Positions 31,270 to 42,576 of a stretch of 64,000 nt of DNA are shown piece after piece. The translations under genes and the position numbers were made by a program. How positions within the stretch are numbered: the first letter of the stretch is position 1; the number at the start of each line of letters is the position of its first letter. This DNA comes from Caulobacteraceae bacterium (GTDB taxonomy: Bacteria > Pseudomonadota > Alphaproteobacteria > Caulobacterales > Caulobacteraceae). The notes beneath the pieces are model-generated. The model was not told where the DNA came from, searched no databases, and saw only the letters and a list, made by a program, of their open reading frames with translations. The stretch is from the NCBI GenBank assembly GCA_036388855.1, contig DASVRA010000011.1, forward strand, positions 38,253 through 102,252. Direction: 5' to 3'.

Positions 31270-32574
31270 GTGAGGCGCGTGCCGCTGCGGCGGCGGTCCT
31301 GGTGGGCCGACCAGCTGGTCGCGCTCGCCTGCGTGGCGGCGGCCACCCTCGTCGCGGCCACCATCCAAACCCTGATCGACCAGGACATCCGCTACCTCAC
31401 TTTCTACCCGGCAATCCTGGTGGCTGCGGTGCTGGGGGGCTGGCGGGCCGGACTGACGGCGCTCGTCCTGGCCTCGATCCTCGGCCAATGGCTGTTCATC
31501 ACGCCCCACGGCCGCCTTTCGATGAGCCAATCGGACCTGATCGTCACCGCCGCCTTCCTGATCGCAGGCGGGGCCATCGCGGCGGTGGGCAACGGCCTGA
31601 CGGAAACGCTCAGGCTGCGCGCGCGCAGCGAGCACCGCTTCCGCTCGCTGGCGCAGGCGACCTCGCAAATCGTCTTCCGGCTGAACGCGGAGGGCAAGGC
31701 GCTGGAGCGCAACGAAGAGTTCCGCGCCTTCACCGGCATGGCGGCGGACGACGAAGGCGGCATGGCCTGGTCCAAGCTGGTGCACCCGGACGACCTGCGG
31801 CGGCTGGCCTTCCTCACGCCCGAGCAGGCGCAGCGCAAGCAGCCGGTGTCCGTGGAGTTCCGCCTGCACCACGCCCCCTCGGGCGACTTCCGCTGGGTGC
31901 GCGCCAACGCGGTGCCGGTGGTGGAGGCCGACGGGCGCGCGCGCGAATGGGTGGGCGCCATCGAGGACATCCACGACCGGCGCTTGGCCGAGGAGCAGAC
32001 GCGCACCGTGGCGCGCGAGCTGGAGCACCGGGTCAAGAACATCTTCGGCCTGATGCAGGCCTTGGTGCGCCAGTCCGCCCGCTCAGCGGAAAGCGTAGGC
32101 CAATACCAGGAGACGCTGGAGGCGCGGCTGCAGGCGCTGTCCCAGGCGCAGAACCTGCTGACCGCCGCGACGGGCGACGGCGTAGTCGACCTGCGGGCGC
32201 TGGTGGGGGCGGCGCTGGAGCCGTTCGGGATCGAGCGCAACGGCGGCGGCGCGCGCGGGCCTGACGTGGCGGTAAAGTCGAACCTGGCGGTGCCGCTGGC
32301 CCTGATGCTGCACGAACTCGGCACCAACGCCGCCAAATACGGCGCGCTCTCGGGTCCGGAGGGGCGGGTGGATGTGGACTGGGAGGCGGAGGCCGGGCAG
32401 GTGCGGCTGCGCTGGCGTGAGCGCGATGGCCCGCCGGTTTTGCCGCCGCAGTCTAAGGGCTTCGGCTCGCGCCTGATCGGTACGGCGCTTGGCGGCCACG
32501 GCGGGAGGGCGGAACTGCGTTTCGAGCCCGGCGGGGTGTGCTGCGACATGTCCTTCCCGGCGGCGGCGGCGTGA
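31270..32574 (+). CDS. PAS-domain sensor histidine kinase, HWE/HisKA_2 type
   Basis: H-box ELEHRVKNIFGLMQALVRQS and N-box HELGTNAAKYGAL. N-terminal TM segments. The start is uncertain (GTG 31270 or 31279; the ORF track begins at TTG 31144). Confidence 0.8.
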   Translation: MRRVPLRRRSWWADQLVALACVAAATLVAATIQTLIDQDIRYLTFYPAILVAAVLGGWRAGLTALVLASILGQWLFITPHGRLSMSQSDLIVTAAFLIAGGAIAAVGNGLTETLRLRARSEHRFRSLAQATSQIVFRLNAEGKALERNEEFRAFTGMAADDEGGMAWSKLVHPDDLRRLAFLTPEQAQRKQPVSVEFRLHHAPSGDFRWVRANAVPVVEADGRAREWVGAIEDIHDRRLAEEQTRTVARELEHRVKNIFGLMQALVRQSARSAESVGQYQETLEARLQALSQAQNLLTAATGDGVVDLRALVGAALEPFGIERNGGGARGPDVAVKSNLAVPLALMLHELGTNAAKYGALSGPEGRVDVDWEAEAGQVRLRWRERDGPPVLPPQSKGFGSRLIGTALGGHGGRAELRFEPGGVCCDMSFPAAAA

Positions 32575-33038
32575 CCCGTCGGCGGCTGCTCGCGGGCGTG
32601 GCGTCGGCCGCAGCGTTCGGGGTAGGAGCTGCCACGGCGGCCGGCGAGGCGGGACCCGTGCTCTACAAGGGAATGACGCTGATTGATGGCTCGGGCGCGG
32701 CGCCGCGCCCGGACATGGCGCTGATCCTCGAGGGCGAGCGGATCGCCATGGTGTTCCCCGCCAAGCAGCTCGAGATCATGAAGCTGGCGCGGATGGAGGT
32801 AATCGACGCCGTCGGCCTGACGGCGTTGCCGGGGCCGCTCGCGGCGGAAGAGGCCGAGGCGCGCGTGCGGAGCGGCGAGCCGCTGAAGAAGGCGGTGATA
32901 GCCGCGCTGGGCGGCCGGTGCATCCGCGGCGGCGTGTTGGCCGACCTGGTTTTCCTGAAGGGCGATCCTTTGGTCGACGCCGCCGCGTTGCGGCGCGTGG
33001 CGTTCACCGTCCAGCGCGGCGTCCGCTCAGGCGCCTAG
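32571..33038 (+). pseudogene. amidohydrolase-family remnant lacking the catalytic barrel (Tat signal retained)
   Basis: 155 codons from the GTG in the GTGA overlap with the kinase stop. Tat motif TRRRLLAGVASAAAFG. The N-terminal segment YKGMTLIDGSGAAPRPDMALILEGERIAMV and the C-terminal segment GVLADLVFLKGDPLVDAAALRRV resemble the two ends of ~400-aa amidohydrolases, but the metal-binding TIM barrel is absent. Confidence 0.45.
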
Positions 33039-33136
33039 GCTCGCCGCGGCGCTTCCGCTCGCGCGTTCAGCCTCTATATCTGCGGCGATCTCCATCCGGG
33101 GCGGCCCCGCCCCACCATGCGAGAGGACCATAGGAC

Positions 33137-33769
33137 ATGACCGACGAGACCACGCCGGCGCAAACCGACGGCTCCGGCGCGACGGCCGAGGAGCTGGGCT
33201 CGGCCGCGAGCGTCGAGCAGCTGCAGGCCGAGATCGCCGAGTGGCGCGACAAGGCGATGCGCGCCGCCGCCGAAGCCGAGAACACCCGCCGCCGCGCCGA
33301 GCGCGAGATGAACGACGCCCGCGCCTTCGCCATCCAGCGCTTCGCCCGCGAGCTGTTCGCCGCCGCCGACAACCTGGAGCGCGCCCTGGCCGCCGCGCCG
33401 CGCGAGGATGAAGACGCGGCGGTGAAGGGTTTCGTCACCGGCATCGAGATGACCGAGAAGGCGCTGCAGGGCGCTTTCGAGCGCAACGGGCTGAAGAAGA
33501 TCGCGCCGGAGAAGGGCGGCAAGTTCGACCCGCACCTGCACCAGGCGATGATGGAGCAACCCTCGGAAGACGCGCCTCCAGGCTCGGTGATCCAGGTGAT
33601 GCAGACCGGCTACGAACTGTTCGGCCGGGTGCTGCGCCCCGCCATGGTGATCGTCGCGGCCAAGGGAGCGCCGTCCCAGCCGCAGGCGGCCAATGATCAG
33701 AGCGGGGGCGGCTACGCTACGGGCGACGGGGCGGCGGCCGCCGGCGCATCGGTGGACACCAAGGCCTAA
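33137..33769 (+). CDS. grpE: nucleotide exchange factor GrpE
   Basis: Coiled-coil N-terminus and core AEAENTRRRAEREMNDARAFAIQRFARELFAAADNLERAL. Confidence 0.95.
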   Translation: MTDETTPAQTDGSGATAEELGSAASVEQLQAEIAEWRDKAMRAAAEAENTRRRAEREMNDARAFAIQRFARELFAAADNLERALAAAPREDEDAAVKGFVTGIEMTEKALQGAFERNGLKKIAPEKGGKFDPHLHQAMMEQPSEDAPPGSVIQVMQTGYELFGRVLRPAMVIVAAKGAPSQPQAANDQSGGGYATGDGAAAAGASVDTKA

Positions 33770-34662
33770 GCCGCGCCCGGCGGCACACCGTTGGCGCGGA
33801 AGTGGGCGAGCATCCGCGCCCAGCCGCTTTCGGCGGCGGCCTTGTCGTAGCTGTCGCGGTAGTCGGCATGGAAACCATGCTGCACGCCGGGGTAGACGAC
33901 GATCTCGTCCCTGCGGCCGGCGGCCTTCAGCGCCGTCCGCATCGCTTCGATGTCGGAGGGCGGGATGCCCTTGTCCTCGCCGGCGTAGAGGCCGAGCACC
34001 GGCGCCTTCAGCTCGCCCGCCACATCCACCGGCCAGGGCCGCTCCTCCTTGCCGAGGAAGCCGTCGGGGGCGGGGTGGGTCAGCTTGCCGTACCAGGCGG
34101 CGCCGGCCTTGATCTGGGGGAAGCGGGCGGCCGCCATCCACACCACCGCCCCGCCCCAGCAAAAGCCGGTGATGGCGATCCGCCTGGCGTCGGCAAACTT
34201 CTGGCCCTCCGCCCAGCGCAGGGTGGCGGCGATGTCGTCCATCACCTGCTCGTGCGTGGCGGTCTCGACGATCTTGCGCACTTCGGCGAAGTCGGTGAGC
34301 GGCGCCGGGTCCCCCGCCCGGAAGAAGAAGGCGGGCGCGACGGCCACATAGCCGAGCTTGGCCAGGCGGCGGCAAACGTCGCGGATGTATTCATGGACGC
34401 CGAACACCTCGGACACCACCAGCACCACCGGATGGCGGCCGCGCCCCTTTGGCCGCGCCACATACGCCGGCAGCTGGGCGCCCGCGGCGATGGAGATCTT
34501 CACTTCGCCGGTGACCAGTCCTTCGGCGCTGGTGCGGGTGGGCTCGGCGGCGGCGGAAACCGAAGCGAGGGCGTAGCCGGCGAAGAACAGGCCGGCGACG
34601 GCGCGGCGGGTGTGGACGAAGTCCTCGGGCTCGGGGCCTCCAGGGCGGTGCAGGGCGGCCAT
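33766..34662 (-). CDS. dienelactone hydrolase family protein (secreted)
   Basis: Nucleophile elbow ITGFCWGG and alpha/beta-hydrolase length. ATG 34662 lies inside ORF 33766..34689. Confidence 0.85.
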   Translation of the reverse strand: MAALHRPGGPEPEDFVHTRRAVAGLFFAGYALASVSAAAEPTRTSAEGLVTGEVKISIAAGAQLPAYVARPKGRGRHPVVLVVSEVFGVHEYIRDVCRRLAKLGYVAVAPAFFFRAGDPAPLTDFAEVRKIVETATHEQVMDDIAATLRWAEGQKFADARRIAITGFCWGGAVVWMAAARFPQIKAGAAWYGKLTHPAPDGFLGKEERPWPVDVAGELKAPVLGLYAGEDKGIPPSDIEAMRTALKAAGRRDEIVVYPGVQHGFHADYRDSYDKAAAESGWARMLAHFRANGVPPGAA

Positions 34663-34714
34663 GGGCGCGTCTCCTCTCACGCAAGCCATAGCGCCGAGCC
34701 GACGGCAGATGAAG

Positions 34715-35357
34715 TCACGCAGCGCGCCGGAGGGTCAGGTTCAGCCGGCCGCCGCCGGGGATCAAGCGGGAAGAGCCGGGGATGACGCGGTCGATGCCGT
34801 GGTGGGCCAGGCGGGCGGGGCCGGAGAGTACGCAGACGTCGCCCGAGGCCAGGCGAATGGTGCGGGTCGGGTCAGCGCGCCTGGGGCCGCCGATGCGGAA
34901 GACCGCCGTGTCGCCCAGCGACACCGACAGCACCGGAAAGGCGAAGTCGGCCTCGTCGCGGTCCTGGTGCAGGCCCATTCTGGCGTCGCCGCCGTAGAGG
35001 TTTACCAGGCAGGCGTCCGGCGGTCCGGGCGCATCGGCCAGCCGGTCCCACAGCTCCAGAAGCCGGGCCGGCATCGGCGGCCAGGGGCGGCCGGTGACGG
35101 GATGGAGGGGCTCATAGCGATAACCGGCGGGGCCGGTGACCCATCCGAGCGCGCCGAGATTGGTCATCTGGACTGACATCGGCTTTCCGCCCGGGGTGAC
35201 GGGGCGGTAGAACGGGGCCGCCTCCGCCGCCGCCAGAACTTCGTCCACCAGCGAGCCCTGTTCTTGCGGGGACAGGGCGGCGGGATACATCCGGAAACCC
35301 TCCGCTGGCGCGGCGGCGGCGGCTCGCCTAGGTTCGGCGCCGGTTTCGGGGATCGTA

Positions 35358-35374
<17 letters not shown>
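34715..35374 (-). CDS. alkB: Fe(II)/2-oxoglutarate-dependent DNA dioxygenase AlkB
   Basis: Collinear with E. coli AlkB: MSVQMTNLGALGW, PDACLVNLY, LHQDRDE, VSVSLG, RLAHHGI, RLNLTLR. The start is ATG 35374 or 35290. Confidence 0.85.
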
Positions 35375-38156
<2,782 letters not shown>

Positions 38157-38160
38157 GCCG

Positions 38161-40227
38161 TCACCAGATGCGCACGCGCTCGGCGGGGGCGACGTACAGC
38201 CTGTCGCCCGGCTTCACCCCGAAAGCGGCGTACCAGTCGTCGATGTTGCGCACCGGCCCGTTGACCCTGAACGGGCGCGGCGAGTGCGGGTCGCTGGTCA
38301 CCTGTTTCTTCAGCGCATCGGTGGTCAGCGCCCCACGCCACGCCTGTGCCCAGCCCAGGAACACGCGCTGGTCGCCCGTGAGCCCGTCCAGCACCGGCGC
38401 CGGCCTGCCCTTCAGCGAGGTGCGGTACGCCTCCAGCGCCAGGGTGACTCCGCCGAGGTCGGCGATGTTCTCGCCCATGGTCAGCTCGGCGTTGACGTGC
38501 ATCCCCGGCAGCGGCTCGAACGCCGCGTATTGCGCGCCCAGTCGCCTGGCCCGCTCGTCGAATACCTTAGCGTCCCGCGGCGCCCACCAGTCGCGCAGCT
38601 TTCCCTCCGCGTCGAACTTGCGCCCCTGGTCGTCGAAGCCGTGGGTCAGCTCGTGCCCGATCACGCCTCCAACCGCGCCATAGTTGATCGCATCGTCCGC
38701 AAGGGGATCAAAGATCGGCGGCGTCAGGATCGCGGCAGGGAAGGCGATGTCGTTGAACGAGCCGTTGTAGGCGTTGTTCATCTGCGGCGTCATCAGCCAC
38801 TCGGACCGGTCCACCGGCTCCGCCAGCCGGCCGCCGTAGAAGCGCCAGTCGAGTTCGGCGGTGCGCAGCACGTTGCCGACCAGGTCGTCGCGGCGGATCA
38901 CCAGCGAGGCATAGTCGCGCGGCTTGTCCGGATAGCCGACCTTCACGGTGATCCGGTCGAGCTTCTTCAGCGCCTCGGCCTTGGTCGCCGGACTCATCCA
39001 GTCGAGCTTCTGGATTCGCGCGCGGTAGGCGGCCTTGAGGTTGGCGACTAAAGCCTCGACCTTGGCCTTCGACGCTGGGGGGAAACGTTTGGCCGTGTAG
39101 AGCTCGCCCACGGCCCAGCCCATGTTGCCGAACACGTCCACCCGCTCGAAATTCTGCCCATTGCCGCCGGAGACCGCGCGCACAGCCCGCTTCCACCGCG
39201 GCGCCTGCTCCTGCAGCCCGTTCAGCGTGCGTCCGTGCAACTCAAACCAGGCGTCATCGAACGCCTTGGACAGATAGGGCGCGGCGTTGTCGCCGGCCTG
39301 GAACGCCGCCCAGGCCTTGAGCGTGTCGAGTGGCGTGGCCGCATAGACCGCCGCCAGCTTCGGAAACGCGCTCTTCTCGCCGATCACCACGCGCTGCGCG
39401 CCCGCCAGATCGCCACCGGCCAGATAGGGCCGCCAGGCGAAGCCCGGCGCCAGCGCCTCCAGCTCGGCCACGGTCATGGCGTTGTAGGTCTTGTCCGGGT
39501 CGCGCCGCTCCGCCAATGGCCAGCTCGCCTCGGCGATCTTCGTCTCCAGCGCCATCACCTCTGCGGCGCGCGCCTGCGCGTCCGGCCACCCCTCCAGCTT
39601 CAGGATCGTGGCGATGTAGGCCTGGTACTTGGCCCGGGCGTCGGCGAACTCCGGCTTCAGGTAGTAGTCCCGGTCGGGCAGCCCCAGCCCGCCCTGGCTG
39701 ATGTAGGCGGCGTAGCGGTCGACCTGCTTCACGTCGACGTTGACGTTCAGATTAAACAGCGAGCCGTAGAAGGTCTTGTTGCCGCTCCCCATCAGCCGCG
39801 CCAGCTCGTCTCGGGAGGACGCGGCGCGGATCGCCTGCAGCGTCGGCTCCAGCGGCTTGGCGCCCAGCGCCTCGATTCGCGCCTCGTCCATGAACGAGGC
39901 GTAGAAGGCGCCGACCTTTGCCTCGACACCGGGGCTTTGACCGTCTTTGGCCGCCGCCTGCTCGAGGATGTCGTGGATGTCGGACTCGGTCTGCTGCGCA
40001 GCGGCCAGCCGAAGCGACCAGCCTGGCCTGTCCGCCGGGATCTTCAGCGCCCGCTGGTAGCGGCCGCCGGCGTACATGAAGAAGTCGTCGCCAGGCTTCA
40101 CCGACGGGTCCATGCCGCCGAGGTCGAAGCCCCAAGGCCCCAGCTGCGCCTTCGCCGGCTGCGCCAGCGCTGGGCAGGTCAAGCTGAACGCGACCGCCGC
40201 CACGGCGGCTAGCCAGATACTTTTCAT
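38161..40227 (-). CDS. M13-family metalloendopeptidase (PepO/ECE-like), copy 1
   Basis: HELTHGFDDQG zinc site and GENIADLGG. Signal peptide MKSIWLAAVAAVAFSLTCPALA. Confidence 0.9.
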   Translation of the reverse strand: MKSIWLAAVAAVAFSLTCPALAQPAKAQLGPWGFDLGGMDPSVKPGDDFFMYAGGRYQRALKIPADRPGWSLRLAAAQQTESDIHDILEQAAAKDGQSPGVEAKVGAFYASFMDEARIEALGAKPLEPTLQAIRAASSRDELARLMGSGNKTFYGSLFNLNVNVDVKQVDRYAAYISQGGLGLPDRDYYLKPEFADARAKYQAYIATILKLEGWPDAQARAAEVMALETKIAEASWPLAERRDPDKTYNAMTVAELEALAPGFAWRPYLAGGDLAGAQRVVIGEKSAFPKLAAVYAATPLDTLKAWAAFQAGDNAAPYLSKAFDDAWFELHGRTLNGLQEQAPRWKRAVRAVSGGNGQNFERVDVFGNMGWAVGELYTAKRFPPASKAKVEALVANLKAAYRARIQKLDWMSPATKAEALKKLDRITVKVGYPDKPRDYASLVIRRDDLVGNVLRTAELDWRFYGGRLAEPVDRSEWLMTPQMNNAYNGSFNDIAFPAAILTPPIFDPLADDAINYGAVGGVIGHELTHGFDDQGRKFDAEGKLRDWWAPRDAKVFDERARRLGAQYAAFEPLPGMHVNAELTMGENIADLGGVTLALEAYRTSLKGRPAPVLDGLTGDQRVFLGWAQAWRGALTTDALKKQVTSDPHSPRPFRVNGPVRNIDDWYAAFGVKPGDRLYVAPAERVRIW

Positions 40228-40251
40228 GCACCCCTTCCCCATCAACTGTTT

Positions 40252-40388
40252 CCCTCCCCTTCATGGGGAGGGGTAGGCGGCGAAGCCGCCGAGGTGGGGA
40301 AGTGAGTATCAGACGCGGGCGCTTGTAGTCGCCCCACTTCCCCACCGCGAGCGCTGACGCGCTCTATCCCTCCCCATGAAGGGGGGGA
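40252..40388. repeat. string of G/C-rich hairpins (REP-like) filling the spacer between the two M13 genes
   Basis: Hairpins: CCCTCCCC-TTCAT-GGGGAGGG (40252-40272); GGCGGC-GAA-GCCGCC (40276-40290); perfect 12-bp inverted repeat GGTGGGGAAGTG/CACTTCCCCACC (40294-40346); GAGCGC-TGAC-GCGCTC (40349-40364); CCCTCCCC-ATGAA-GGGGGG (40367-40388). Confidence 0.8.
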
Positions 40389-40396
40389 GACGCCAC

Positions 40397-42454
40397 CTAC
40401 CAGATCCGAACGCGTTCTTCCGGCTTCAGGTACAGCTTGTCGCCCGGCTTGACATTGAACGCCACGTACCAGGCGTCGATGTTACGCATCGGCGCCTGGG
40501 CGCGGAAGCGCGAGGGCGAGTGCGGATCGGACGCCACCTGCTGCTTGACCGCGTCCTCGCGCTGCTTGGCGCGCCAAGCCTGGGCCCAGCCCAGGAACAC
40601 GCGCTGGTCGCCGGACAGTCCGTCGATCACCGGCGCCGGCCTGCCCTTCAGCGAGGCGTGGTAGGCATCTAGCGCGATGGTCAGACCGGCCAGGTCGCCG
40701 ATGTTCTCGCCCATGGTCAGCTTGCCGTTGACGTGCAGGCCCGGGGCGACCTCGTAGGCGTCGAACTGGGCCCCGAGCTTGGCGGCTTCCACCTCGAACC
40801 GCGCCGCATCCTCCTTGGTCCACCAGTCGCGCAGGCGGCCCTGGGCGTCGAACTTGCGCCCCTGGTCGTCGAAGCCGTGGCTGATCTCGTGGCCGATCAC
40901 GCCGCCGATGGCGCCGTAGTTCACCGCCATGTCGGCTTTGGGATCGAAGTAGGGCGCCTGCAGGATCGCCGCCGGGAACACGATCACGTTGCGGCTGCCG
41001 TCGGAATAGGCGTTCACCGTCTGGGGAGTCATGTACCACTCCTCCTGGTCCACCGGCTTGCCGAGCTTGCCGGTGTTGTAGGCCCACTCGAAGGCGTTCG
41101 AGCGCTGCTTGGAGCCGTAGAGGTCGGCGGCGTCCACGCGCAGGCCCGAGTACTCGCGCCACTTGTTTGGATAGCCGACGCGCACGCGCATCTTGTCGAG
41201 CTTGTCGAGCGCCTGGGCCTTGGTCGCCGGACTCATCCACTCCAGGCCCTTGATGCGCGCGGCCATGGCGAGTTTCAGGTTGGCGACCAGCTCCTCCATC
41301 TTGGCCTTGGACTCAGGGGGGAAGTACTTCTTCACATACTCCTGCCCCACCGCCTCGCCGATCGAGGTGTCCACCAGGGTGGTCGCCCGCTTCCAGCGCG
41401 GCCGGTTCTCCTCCAGCCCCTGCAGCGCGGTGCCGCGGAAGGCGAAGCGATTGTCGACGAAGCGCTTGGACAGGTAAGGCGAGGCTTGGTCCACCGTCTG
41501 TAGCGCCTCCCAGGCCTTCAGCGTCTCCAGAGGCGTCTCGGCATAGATCTGCGCGATCTTCGGGAAGGCGCTCTTCTCGTTGATCACCACCTTCTGCACC
41601 CGCGCCACGCCCGCCCCGCGCATCCAGGCGTCCCACGGGAAAGCCGGCGCCAGCGCCTTCAGCTCCGCCACGGTCATCGGGTTATAGGTCTTGTCCGGGT
41701 CGCGCCGCTCGGCGATCGGCCAGCTGGCCTCGGCGATCCTGGTCTCCATCGCCAGGATGTCGTCGGCGGCCTTTTCGGCGTTCGGCCAGCCGATCATCTT
41801 CAGCGTACGCGCGGCGTAGTCGCGGTAGGCCGCCTTCTTCTCCTTGAACGGCTCGGTCAGGTAGTAGTCGCGCTCGGGCAGCCCTAGCCCGGCCTGGCTG
41901 AGGATGAAGGCGTACTGGGTCGGGTCCTTGGCGTCCGGATCGACATAGGCGCCGAACACAGAGCCGCCGAAGGCGCCCTGGGTGGCGCCCATCAGCTCGG
42001 CCAGCTGCTCCTTGGTGGTCACCGCGCGGATGCGGGCGAGGTCGGGTTGCAGCGGCTTGTCGCCCAGCTGCTCGATCCGCGCCTCGTCCATGAAGCCGTT
42101 GTAGACGGCGGCGATCTTTTGCGCGGTCTCGGTCTTGGGGTTGCGCGCGCTGGTTTCGATCACATCGCGCAGCTGCGCCTGCGACAGGTTGAACACGTCG
42201 TAGCCGACGCTCAGCGAGGGCTGGTCGGCCGGGATGACCGCCGTCTTGTACCAGGCCCCGTTGGCGTAATCGAAAAAGCTGTCGCCCGGCTTGGCGCTCG
42301 TGTCGCGCGCCGTCAGGTCCACGCCCCATGCGCCGTACTGCTTCGGTTGGGTGGCGCTGGCCGAGGCGGCGGTCTGCTGGACCCCCTGGGCCAGGGCGGG
42401 AACGGCGGTAAGGAGCGCGGCGGTCGAGGCTGCGGCGAGGGCGATGGCTTTCAT
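40397..42454 (-). CDS. M13-family metalloendopeptidase (PepO/ECE-like), copy 2
   Basis: HEISHGFDDQG and GENIGDLAG. Signal peptide MKAIALAAASTAALLTAVPALA. Clear paralogue of copy 1 (same C-terminus ...NIDxWYxAFxVKPGDxLYxxPEERVRIW). Confidence 0.9.
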   Translation of the reverse strand: MKAIALAAASTAALLTAVPALAQGVQQTAASASATQPKQYGAWGVDLTARDTSAKPGDSFFDYANGAWYKTAVIPADQPSLSVGYDVFNLSQAQLRDVIETSARNPKTETAQKIAAVYNGFMDEARIEQLGDKPLQPDLARIRAVTTKEQLAELMGATQGAFGGSVFGAYVDPDAKDPTQYAFILSQAGLGLPERDYYLTEPFKEKKAAYRDYAARTLKMIGWPNAEKAADDILAMETRIAEASWPIAERRDPDKTYNPMTVAELKALAPAFPWDAWMRGAGVARVQKVVINEKSAFPKIAQIYAETPLETLKAWEALQTVDQASPYLSKRFVDNRFAFRGTALQGLEENRPRWKRATTLVDTSIGEAVGQEYVKKYFPPESKAKMEELVANLKLAMAARIKGLEWMSPATKAQALDKLDKMRVRVGYPNKWREYSGLRVDAADLYGSKQRSNAFEWAYNTGKLGKPVDQEEWYMTPQTVNAYSDGSRNVIVFPAAILQAPYFDPKADMAVNYGAIGGVIGHEISHGFDDQGRKFDAQGRLRDWWTKEDAARFEVEAAKLGAQFDAYEVAPGLHVNGKLTMGENIGDLAGLTIALDAYHASLKGRPAPVIDGLSGDQRVFLGWAQAWRAKQREDAVKQQVASDPHSPSRFRAQAPMRNIDAWYVAFNVKPGDKLYLKPEERVRIW

Positions 42455-42576
42455 GTAACGGAATCCCGAGGTGGTTTGCGAACCTTCTGCCCCAAGATGG
42501 GTCCGCGCGCCCCTTAACAAAATTTCATGCGGCGAAGCGCCGCGCAGCCCGCCCCCGAGTCGGGCTAAGCTGCGCC

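Noticed and set aside
33052-33080. RpoH (sigma-32)-type promoter upstream of grpE (CTTCC-N17/18-CTATATC).
   Set aside because: The match to the alphaproteobacterial CTTG-N17-18-CYTATNT consensus is imperfect in both boxes. It is reported only as the shared 9-mer observation.
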